Below are positions 40,758-52,200 of a stretch of 64,000 nucleotides of DNA, one piece after another. The stretch is from Auanema rhodensis. Taxonomy: Eukaryota > Animalia > Nematoda. A program made the translations under genes and the position numbers. The notes under the pieces were generated by a model. The model made no database searches. It was not told the origin of the DNA and saw only the letters and a program-made list of their open reading frames with translations. Where the stretch lies: the NCBI GenBank assembly GCA_964057225.1, contig OZ059897.1:11904001-11968000 (forward strand). The letters run 5' to 3'. Positions within the stretch are counted from its first letter, which is position 1. Every line of letters starts with the position of its first letter.

Positions 40758-43700
40758 ACATATTTCTTCTTACTAGATATACAGTTTTATTATAAATTTA
40801 ATCAACATAAATATTTGAAGATATAGAAATAGCTAATTTCAACTAATTATATTTAATTTATATTTATAAAATCTTTACCGTATAATCTAGGCACCATATA
40901 TAGTTAAATCTATTAAAATGGAGATAAATGACAGAAGAAGATAAAAATGATGAAATGAGAAGGAAAAGAGTTACACGTGTTTCTTGCTCATTCAGTCATG
41001 TAATTTGAGTCCAAAGAGCCTGTAATTCAAGCGCGAAAACCAAAGAAAAAAAACGTCTGTTTCTCCTCAGTTGTATATTTCAACTGTAATCCTGATCGTG
41101 TACGTGGAATTTCCAGGCACGAACTCATTAGTTACTTGGACGACCAAACGGTAATAGATATAGTATGTGAATAGAAGAGAAGGACGACGAAATAATGACG
41201 AGCAACAAACTGTCTCCAAGGGCATCGGTAGCCATACGATGACAGACGTTTTTTATTTTTTTTCGCGGCATCATAGCCAATTTGAATATGGGTAAGTGGG
41301 TTGACTGATGATGATGAGATATTTCCGATTTGAATGTTGACCTGTTGAAACACGTTTGAGCCGACAAAACACATCTGTGCTCGGTCAATCGGTCATCAGA
41401 TGGAGTTTTCGAATAGACAACGAACATCTTTCCTCTTCTTGAACTTTTCTTTTTGAACTTTGTCCGATTATGCTATGGCACTTCAACGTCTCCAAGTTTT
41501 GGAACAAACTGATGCAATCAGATGAGAAAAATTTAGAAAATTTGAAAAATGAAGAAATAGCAGATAATCTTGATGATTGAAACATCTAACATTATTTTCT
41601 GATATTTGCTGCTATCTATCAGAATATTTAGTTTAATATGTATCTTTAGCACAAAGATATTATATTATTTTACTCAAAAAAATTGGAATAAATGAATTCA
41701 AAATTGAAATTTGAGAAGACTGTCCAATATTTTTTTTTCAATTCAAACGTTCATTTTTTTCTTTTTTCTCCGTTCCATTTACATTATTTGATACCCCAAA
41801 AAAACTATTTATCTATATATAATGAGTAAAAGACAAGAAGAAGAGATTTTCAAAAAGTTTCATTTTGTAAGGAAAGAAGAATCGTTGGAAAAGAGCTTAA
41901 GAGAGAGAGAGAGAGAGAGAGAAAGGGTAAAGCGGGTGGGTGTGGCAATTTCTCTTAAATTACAAATTTTTTTTTCTTTTAGCCAAATGTAGATGAAAAA
42001 AGGAATAAGAATTATAAGTTATTATTATAGAAATAACACGTGTAATAGATAAAATATAAAAATATGCAACATAATATACAAATTATATGAAATAGTTAGA
42101 ATGTTCTAGACGAACAACTTTATTTTTTATCCTTCCCTTTTAATATAATAAGGTAAATGGATTAAAAAGGAAAATGATGTGATAAAGCTTTCAAAAAAAT
42201 AAGAAAAAATGGCTAAAAAGCACATAGATGATATGAAGAAGGAAAATCAGCATATTAATTGAAAAAATGTTTGATGGAGCAGAGTTTTATGATTCTTCTT
42301 TCTGATTCAAAGATCGAATATGGATGAAGGTAAGCATTCGAGAAATACTAAAAGAGATAGAGGTCATAAAGAGAAACAGAGAGAGAGGGAGAGATGGTTA
42401 GAAAGAAGAAAAGAAGAAACATATTCAAAGTTAAAATTTTTGAAAAGGTTTGTGTGTTTCTTCATTTAACTTAACCATAGAAATGAATGTAACCAGATGT
42501 TCTCTTAGAAAGAAGATATTGATATGTCAAAGTATATATGCATATAGATTGTTATATACCATATATGAAGAAATGATAAGATGTATTCATATCAGAATAT
42601 TTCAGAAAACTAATGCAATTTGTTGAAAATGAATGCGCTACGCTTTGAATATGCTTGTCAAGTTTTAAACTTATCACTTCCTCAGGGAATTACATGAAAT
42701 AGAACTAACTAAACAAGAAGATGTCGACTAGATAAAGTGCTGATGTACTGATTTAAAGCGAAATAAAGGAAAATATTCGATATGGATACTCAACAAAGCG
42801 TTTTGTTCCTTTTTTTTCTTCTTTCTTTTGAATTGTTTCGATGGAATTTTGTAAAATAAGTTTTGCTAAAGAGAAATGAATCACAAGGTGTTCTCGATTG
42901 TTTCAGAGATAAATAATAGGAATACGGTAGAAATAGTAGACGATTTTACATGAAAATAATGATAAAATTACCAAATTAATAGAAGGAAAAACAAAACAGA
43001 ACCAAAAAAAACTTGGAGTAATAGACAGAAGCTCAAAAAAAAGGTAAATGATAGAAAAAAATATATGATGAGAGACTAAAAAAATTACAGAGAAACAGCG
43101 AAAAGAGAAAGAGCGAGAGAGAGAGAGAAAGTAAGAGAGATTTATAGAGACGAAAATGAAAGCTTCTTCGAACTGTTCAATCGATGATGCCGTTCCAAAT
43201 TTACTTTCATTTTGTTTCTTTAACTCTCTGCAACTCTTCTTTACCCTGCTCATTCACACGACTCAAACTGCAAGATCAAGAGTGAATACTTCTATCTCAC
43301 ACTCTGTACATGTTCGTTTTTCTCTTTTTCCAGTCTCATTTTCATATTTTCTCTCTTTCTTTTTTCTTTCTTTCAACAACGATATCACATATAGAAAACG
43401 ATAAGAGAGGGAGAGAGAGAGAGAGAGAGAGAAAGAAAATATGAAAGAGAGAGGGAGAGAGACAGGGAGAGAGAGAGAAAGATGAGACACAGGACCGTCA
43501 GCTTGATGTGCTTTTCCTTCCTGCACTATGATGTGCATCTCCTCGTTCCGTTTTATTTGCTCTTTACATAAAGTTTAACTGTTCATCTAAAGCTTCGTGC
43601 ACAACCATTTCTTCCATCCATCAGACACCCACCCTATCCAACAACTATCCCCCCTCTCACCCTCGCCCACCCCAACTACTTTTTCCTATTTCTCACTAAC

Positions 43701-45198
43701 TTTTCCTTTTTTGCTTCGATTTCTATTCTTTAGTTACCACAAACATTCTATGTGTTGTTCAATTTTCACGTAAAATTCACGTGAAAGCTATTAGATGTTC
43801 AGTTTCTTTATGTTCTATTGACGTAAGAAGAGATTGTATTCCGAAAAGAAACAAAAATGAATTCTGATAAGACTTTGCTAAGAATTTCTATCAAAGCTTA
43901 GCCGGAAATGTTTAAAAACTCTTGATCAAATATAAATATATTTGAATGTCACTTTCAAATGACAAATGTTTTTTAAATGTTTTGAAATTCCGAAATCATC
44001 AACTTCAGATGTTTCTTTTAAAATTTCAATTGAAATCTTATAATAAGTTATTTACATTTAAAGATTTTAATAAAATAATGAAGAAATCTTCAATTTAGTT
44101 ATTAGATTATATTCAAAAATTTGTATATATGTATCTATATTAGTTCAAAATAATTTTCATATTATTATGAAAAAAACAAAGTGAATAATCTCAAATAAAA
44201 ATAAAGTAAAATATACAAAATAAATTATAATTTGTATATATAATTATATTTAAAATAATTAAAGTTTTTTTAGAAATTGAAAATCATTCAATAAAAAAAG
44301 TTATAATTGTTTGTTTAAAATTTTGAATATTATGATTCAAAAATCGTTAAAAATACATATACAACAATAATATTGTATTGTATTTATGTATAGTTTATAA
44401 TAAATATAAATAAAATTTTAAGAATTAAAAAAAAAAAGAAAAAAAATTGAAAAAGAAGAACAAACGTACTGCATTCATTTGCGAATTACGGCTGAACTGT
44501 GAAAGCATTGGATACTGTAGAAGTGACTGATTTTGAAATGAAAACAAATCTTAAAAGAAGATAATCTATATATGTTTTTATGTATTTTATATTATAAAAC
44601 CTTGATTGTTAAAATTTGTAAACGTTGATGATTCCAGTGACTGTTGAAGAGCAGCATTAAGATTTGGAATTTGTGTAGTAGAAGCAGATGATACAGATGG
44701 TGGTTGCTATAACTTATGCTTATAAATTATGAATAATATAAATTATTATTATTATTATTTCAAAATATATCAAAAATAAATGAGATAAGCTTTACAAACA
44801 GACCTGTTCGGTTGGCGCTGCAGCGCTTTGCTGACTACCTTCTGAAGACGAATCAGTAGATCTTGATTGAGAACGAGCTGGAAAAAAAAAAAAAAATTAA
44901 AATTCAAAGAAATAAAATAGTTTTTGTATACTTGTATCACTGTTGTTTAATCCATTATTCTGTCCAAAATGTCCAGAATTCAGCTGATGATCTGATAAAG
45001 GGAGAGATTGATTGAACGAACCGTCTATAATACATTTCATTTCTATGTAGTATGACTCAAAAGAAGAAGAAAAAAGTGTCTTTTTCAATATAGTTTATTG
45101 AATAAAAAGAGTTTTAAAAAGAAAATTATAAAAATAATTTTATTTTTTATTTTTGAAAATTAAATTTGAAAGGATTTACCCAATGTCTGAGTCTGCAT
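23491..45198 (-). CDS. lin-29: LIN-29 five-C2H2 zinc-finger transcription factor, long (a-type) isoform
   Basis: Exons 45198-45180, 45024-44932, 44877-44804, 44706-44601, 44549-44470, 28111-28034, 27945-27847, 25361-25299, 25250-25153, 25096-25021, 24977-24877, 24811-24735, 23822-23657 and 23605-23491 splice in frame. They give MQTQTLDGSFN...FETKPDVGQLQQQMQMREAKPYKC...HMRIHLGIKPFGPC...GFNMITPLENIQRY. The short-isoform Met is at 28072. Confidence 0.95.
34030..34095. repeat. (CT)n microsatellite
   Basis: Near-perfect CT dinucleotide run. Confidence 0.95.
36021..36111 (-). other. Candidate alternative first exon of lin-29 ending in ATG
   Basis: ATG|GTAAGC at 36023-36015, phase 0 and compatible with exon 28111 (M-FETKPDVG). 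The 5' boundary is uncertain. Confidence 0.45.
40664..40755. repeat. (CT)n microsatellite
   Basis: About 75-nt perfect CT run with an imperfect left flank. Confidence 0.95.
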
Positions 45199-46178
45199 GC
45201 TTAATGGAAGAGTACGATGAAAAGTATCACGATCGTTGATTACATCCAACTATAAATTAAAATAATATAAAACATATAATATATTAATTAAATATATTTA
45301 TTATACTTATATTTATTTATTTTTATTGAAATTTTAAAATTTTATTGTTAATTCTTTAACGAGAGATGAGTTAAACTGAAAGTTTCTGAATGAAAGACGT
45401 TTTGTAACGAAAATGGTTTTGGGCCCGATGGTACAGCTGCGTTCCAAAAATGGTTTCGAGAAAACAAAAAAAAACATTTGAAATGAAAAGAAAAAAAAAG
45501 ATGAACTAAGAAAGAAAATAAAAAGTAATGATAAAGATTATATTATAATAAATATAATATATAGTTAAATGAATAATATATAATATAAAGTTAAATTTGA
45601 AAAAGATATAGTAATTAAAATATATTTAACCTTTTTTTTCATTATTAGACTACTTTTATATAATTTATATATATATATATATAATCAAGTATAGTAGTAT
45701 AGTAAAAATTATAATAAGTTTAATAATAGTTTTTAAGGATGAAAATCTTTTTCCTTTTTTTTTCAAAAAATAAAAAAGATTTCAAACTGATTTGACCTGG
45801 AAACAAAATTTCAATTTAAGAACAAAACATATGTGTCCATTGAAAAATCAAAAAGTAACAAAAGGATTTGTAAAAAGGATTGTTTTCCAAGAAAAAGTAT
45901 AGAATCTTCCTTATTCATTATACTATTTGGCACGCAATTCAATTTCTTTTTAACTTTTATTTCAAAATTATTCTTAAATTATTTTATTTTTTGAATTATA
46001 TTTTATATTTTCATATAATAAATATTATATTTAATATAAATTTCATAATAACATTAATTAATTAAAGATTTTTCAATATAGTTAAATACAAAAATAAAGA
46101 AGAAAGTAGAGGATTGAAAAGAACTGTCATCTGTTTCCTTATACGTAGTCTATGCTTGTTTTCCTTTTGATGCTCCCC

Positions 46179-46179
<1 letters not shown>

Positions 46180-46236
<57 letters not shown>

Positions 46237-46243
46237 TCTCTCT
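46180..46243. repeat. (CT)n microsatellite
   Basis: CT run. Confidence 0.95.
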
Positions 46244-47404
46244 TCTGATCTTCCTTTCTCTTTGAATCCTCTGTATAGCATTCTTTAATTCAAGATTTGC
46301 AATACAAGACAAGAGAACTGTCCTTCAATTCTTTTTTTTATAACTATAATTTGAACTTTTCATGCAATAGTACTTTCATTTTAATTTCTATATAGATGCT
46401 TTGAATTATAAAATATATCTAAATATTCAAATTATATTATACATATAGTATATAGTTTATAATATATATATATATAAGTATTCATTAAGAAATAAAAAAC
46501 TCTTTCTCACATTCTTCCTCTAATTTTCGGAATTTTTAACGAAAAGGTTACGGTAACTTATATATTGGGGGCTATCATAACAAAGTCTCAGATCAAAGAT
46601 CTTTTAACTTTTCAACATAGCAACTTTTCCTTTTTTTTACGGAAATTCAAATTTTACTTTTGATTTTTAAATCTCGAAACATTTAATCATAGTAACTGTC
46701 ATGTATGACATCTATGAATAAACTCAAAGTAAAGCCTTTTCAAACATTTTTTTTTGAAAATTGCCGCTCATTTGATTTTTTTTGTTCTTCTGACCCAAGA
46801 GAGCCTGAGAAGATACTGAATTTGGATTGAACGCTGAGTAAGGGTTGGAAAAATTCTTTTCTAACCTCGTGCCACCCGGCGACAGTCCGGCCTGGAATTC
46901 AACCGTTTTTATACCGCAAAAGGTTCGGGCCTAGTCAGCCTGCCATGCTCGGCTGCTGAGAACATTGAGAAAAAGTTGAAGAAAAAGATTCATCATCTAC
47001 AGTATTAAGGATTATAGACTAAACTTGCCCTGTCGATTTCAAGATTTCAAATTAAATAATGAGGATTATGGTTAATAATGAATTGGAATAATTAGAAGAA
47101 AAGCTTATGCTATGACATCTAGGAAATAAGAAAAATTTTGAATTACAAATTTAAAAATAAAGGAATATAGAAAACGATGTTGTTATCATCAGTTTTATAA
47201 TATACATAGTATAATAAGAATATATATAATATTAAAATATATTTATAGAAATATAGGTTTTAAAATAAAATATAAAGTTGAAACTTAGGTTTTAATATAT
47301 AAAAAGAAAAGAAAAGAGAATATATGAATAATGAAAAAATCATTTGACTGCATAGCATATGTTGCATAACATTTCTTTGTAAAAATTAAATTGAAAAAAC
47401 TTAC

Positions 47405-47445
47405 CCAAACTTTTTGATCAGCATGAGGTATGAAAACATCATTAG
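47405..47445 (-). other. Candidate 41-nt second 5'UTR exon of lin-29a
   Basis: GATAG acceptor and G|GTAAG donor; joins the flanking exons with an open frame. Confidence 0.5.
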
Positions 47446-48217
47446 CTATCATTATAATTACTTAATAAATATTATTAAATAATTATATGGAATAGCTAAT
47501 TGTTTGAAGAAAAAAATAATAATTTGAATTAAGAATATAGAATTTCTATGTATTATTGTATGTGAAGTGTTCAAATGAAAAAGAGGATGATGAAAGAAGA
47601 ATTGAAATTTCTCAAAAAGAAGAAAAAAAAGGAAGGCGGAGCATATCTAACTGTATTGAGAAGATAGGTAGTAAGTAAAGATAGTACAAGAGTTTAAAAT
47701 AAGGAAGAAGAGGTAGAGAGAGAGAGGGAGAGATAGTGAAAGAGAGAGAGAGAGATAGAGAGCGAATGAGAGAGATAGAAAGAGATTTTAGATGAATGCA
47801 TAGAAGGAGATTAAGAATAATTAGGAACAAAGCAAATTCAATTTAACAAAATTACAAAATTCCAGCAATTATTATATAAATTTTCGTATATCATATTACA
47901 ATTATATTTTTATTAACTTTATACTTTATATTTAAATAAAAATATGAATCAAAGATGAAAGATAAATAATAATCCAGCTATTTCTGTTTTGTTCAAAATT
48001 TTTCAATTTTTTGAGAAAAAAAAGTTAAATTTCCTATTTCCCACGTACGTAGTTAAGATTGTTTTGCTTTCTTTTGATAATGAAACATTGCTCCAACTTA
48101 ATTATTTCCCGTTTAATTTATATAAAGCATATATGAATATGTTACATTTATCAATTTATATATATATAGATTGAAATAAAAACTTATTTTTATAATTTAT
48201 ATTTGAGATTAACTTAC

Positions 48218-48456
48218 CAATTAATGGTTTATGTATACAGTGAGTAGAGCTGTGTAGCAATTAATGATTATTAAAGATCTATTTAGATCGTAGTTAGTTA
48301 TAGTCTTTGAGACGAAAATTTTACAGTATAATCTCTTGGAGACCACACAAATCAATCTTATAGATTGAACAGGTTACTGTAGGTTGGGAGTTAGACTCCA
48401 GATGAAAACTTGATCGCTTCGCGATCTGAAGCACAACTGCAGCACGCTCTCAGAGC
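48218..48456 (-). promoter_or_regulatory. lin-29a non-coding first exon with an array of LIN-41 response element (LRE) hairpins
   Basis: Bounded by a TTATTTCAG acceptor (48457) and a G|GTAAG donor (48217); contains no ATG; six tri-loop hairpins, including GGAGT-CTA-ACTCC. Confidence 0.8.
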
Positions 48457-48859
48457 CTGAAATAAATATTCTTAATGTTAATTACATATAGTTAAAAAGA
48501 CAGTGTGATATGAGAAAAAATGAAATAGAAAAGAGACAAAAATTAGATTAAAAAAAAAAGATTTGTATAGAAAGAAACATCTTTTTCTTCTTTATAATTC
48601 TTTTTAAGGAAACGTTTTTGAATGATAAGACTGTGGAGGGTCGAGTCAGAAATACTCGAAACCAGTTTATAGATGGAATTACCAGAAACGTATTCTGTAT
48701 ATTGGCAACAGCAAGTGCGTATATACATCTATTGCTGAAATTTTTTAAAAAAATGTTGAAAAGGCAGAAGATGGTGTTAAATTGCCTGAAAGAGAGAAAG
48801 TGAAATAGAGAGTGAAAGGCGAAGAGGAATAGAGAAGTATACAAATGATCAAAAATAAA

Positions 48860-48860
48860 A

Positions 48861-48907
<47 letters not shown>

Positions 48908-48914
48908 AGAGAGA

Positions 48915-48952
<38 letters not shown>

Positions 48953-49008
48953 AAGAGAGAGAGAGAGTGAGAGAGAAAGAGCGAGAGAGAGAAAGAGAGA
49001 GAGAGAGA
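48860..49008. repeat. Imperfect (GA)n microsatellite upstream of lin-29a exon 1
   Basis: About 150-nt GA run. Confidence 0.95.
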
Positions 49009-49230
49009 CATTGGACAATGATGACATAGCAACATAACTTTAGCACAAGAAACTGAAAAGTTACTATAACAATATTGATAAGAAGCTGTCAATTAACACA
49101 AAAAATTGCAGGCGTTAAGCTACGAAGAAAAGTTTAAAATGGTTTTTCTCACTGACTTAATCACCTTTCTTCAATCAAAAAAAAACGGAGCGTTGTATTC
49201 TGACGCTAAAACGAATGGAAAAAGATCAGG

Positions 49231-49262
49231 CTTCATGACTTCATGACTTCATGACTTCATGA
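49231..49262. repeat. (CTTCATGA)x4 tandem repeat
   Basis: Four consecutive 8-mers, each containing the palindrome TCATGA. Confidence 0.85.
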
Positions 49263-52200
49263 ATGTTATATCTCTTTATTAGAGTTTTCAGATAAATGAA
49301 GTTCATTAGATGAAGAAGAGCTATGTTTATGAATAAAAATTTTTTGAAATAGAAGAATGCTACGGAACAGGGTGGAGTTACGATGAGGAGGAAAACGATG
49401 GGCTATAGTTGTACGAAGACAACTTTTTCACAGTCTATCTAACGTTCAAGAGATACAATATGACGATGACAACGACGAACATCGACAACGACGACAACGA
49501 TCATGACGAAGAAGAGGCAAATGGAGGAGAACAGGCAAATTACAAATGAAGCAGAAAAGGCAATATAGATTGAGATAGAGCAAGTTATAGTAAGCCAAAT
49601 ATGATATGATAATTCTTCATCAGGAGAGAACGTCTATGGTTAGCTTATCGTTATAGCTTAACTTCCTCTCTTCCTCTCTCTCTCCTTCCATCTCTCTTTC
49701 TCTTTCGCTCTTTTTTTCATTCATACATTTATTACTTCTTTCTATTAAAGTTTTTTGTTTCTTTTTGACCATATCAGCTTTTTCATAACTTTTTCATCTC
49801 CGTGAACTCAAAGTTTAAACGAAAAAATATCGAAAAGGTAGCCATTGGCTGTTTATATTACAAGAAATGAAAGAAGAAGCGCAACAAGAACGAAGTAAAG
49901 ATGAATCTCCTCCTGAACGTGGAACTGAATAACCCGTTATGGAAAACTGGTGGTGGCCCAATGTCCGAAAAAAACGGTCGGACCGTCATCGATATTCTTC
50001 TTTAACCCCTTTGCGTGTATCTCTCTCTCTCTCTCCTATTCTGCTGAGGACAACAACGACCACGTCAACGTGCTTGATGGCCAGAAGAGATGTGTTAGCG
50101 TTAAAGGGTAGGTTGGGGTTAGAAGAAAAGGATCACTGCTTGGTCTTCATCATTTTGATTCTATGTTTCACTTCGTCTTCTCTTCCTCGTCACTCTATGT
50201 CATTATTTCGCATTTCTCTTCTAAATTCAATCTCTTTTTCGTTTTTCTCTCATATCTATCTCTCTCATTTCGTTGTACACACTCACTACCTCGTTGTCGG
50301 CTAAAAAACGCCTGAAGATAGAAAAGAACGAGATTGTAAGGTGAAAGACATGTTTCATATCTTGCCCTGAACGATATATACTTACTGTTCGTTGTCTACG
50401 TATGGTTCTTCAGAAACAGACCACGATTGATCAAACTTTTATAATATCTTATCTATTACCAGTATCAACTAACAAAATCTAGTAGACTACAACTTTTTGG
50501 CAAACTTGGCAAGCAATCAAAATGAACTTTTCGTTTGGGACTTCTCAGAATTTTTTATCCTCACCCGTATTCAGAGAGCTGGGTTTGTTTTCTTCATTGA
50601 AGTACCGAAATATTGATAATATTCTACTCCTTATTAATAAGTTCCGTACGCGCCATGGGTGCTTAAGGAAATAAAAAACGCAACGTTTCAGCTTTTTTGA
50701 TCAATCGATTGGCAAAACACTTCGTCTTCTTTGAATAGAAAACGAAAAAGATTTTTTTTCTTGAAATAATCAGGAAACACAGCTGACAGTTGGTTGCTTC
50801 CAGGATAAACTAGATTAAATATGATTTGAATCAAAGTATCATATGAAAATGTTTTTTTATAATTTGATCTAAAATAAATTGACAAATCAATCAATAGGCT
50901 TTTGGTAATATTCTGGAAAATTGAGCAAATATCTGAGTGAATATTTCTTTTTTAAAGTTAAGCTTATGACTGAAACATCGTTTCAAATATGGTCAAGAAA
51001 AAAATTTGATCTGTTTTCAGTCATCAGAATAAGAAAATGATGAAAGATTTTGAAAAATCATCGAATAGAAAGAAAATTGAAAATAAAAAATGGAACTTAA
51101 CGAGAGTATTGAGTGAAGAAACAAACTATTATAAGAAAGAAGTTCAGCTGTTTAGAGTTTTTTTAGGAAGAACAAAATCCTCACATTACACCTTTAAGCT
51201 TAAATCCAAAAAAAAGAAGCATTTATCGATTTTAAAGATAGGAAAAATTCTATAATAGATGTCTAAAAATAAATTTGTTTTTATCTAATTGTTAAAATAA
51301 AAATATAAATTAAGTATAGAAGTAAAAATTGTTTAATAAAATAGATTTTTTTCGACTAAATTAAAGGCAGGATATGAAGAAGAAGAGAAAGACAAAGAAG
51401 AAATCATTCTATTTAAGAACTCATATGGTGCTTAAGGTGGAAAAACATCTGGTGGTACTTCGGAGCAATGAAAAAGATGAATTGAAAGCTAAAAAACAGT
51501 GGGTGAAGCTCGAGAAGGCAGAGGGAAACGAAAGAAATATTTATATAAGAATTATATAATATATTTAAAATATGAATTTCATTAAACTGTGACGAAGAAG
51601 AAGAAGAATACGACGATGATGAAGAAGATGAAGAAAAAGAAGGAAAAAATGCAATTTTTTCGAGGAAGCTATGACCGATACTAGAAAAGATTCGAAACTT
51701 TTTTAGGACGAAAAACGTTAAGCATATAAGGCATAAGAAGCCTCTTCACTGAGCCAATCTGCGTATTTCCTGTGACAATCAATCGTGCTCAGAGATGAAA
51801 AAGGTTTTAAAAATCGTATGTACTGTTTTTTGTATTTCAAACTCTTTACCTTCTCTCTATATGCTTACGTCTAATCTTTCTCTTTCTTTCTATTATATCT
51901 TCCTCTCCTTCATTCTTTTTCTCTCTCACCACTTCATCTCTCAATTTCTTATTATGTCTAGCTCACTGTCTCACTCAATCATTCTTCCTCTCTTAAATCT
52001 ATTACCTTATGTTTCAATCTCTTCACATAATATCTCGGAACGGTCAAACTGTTGCTCAATGAGGTTTTCCGACGTTCCATCTCTCTTTCTCTCACTCCCT
52101 CTTCTCATTTCCTATGTTCCTCTACATCTATCAGGTGTTCTCTCACTTTTCAATGAAACTGTTGAGGTTTTGAATCCTACGTTGGAAGAACAAATAAAGT

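Noticed and set aside
25797-46556. Repeated TACGGTA motif (about six copies)
   Set aside because: Only slightly above a rough chance expectation of about two; not convincing without a proper background model.
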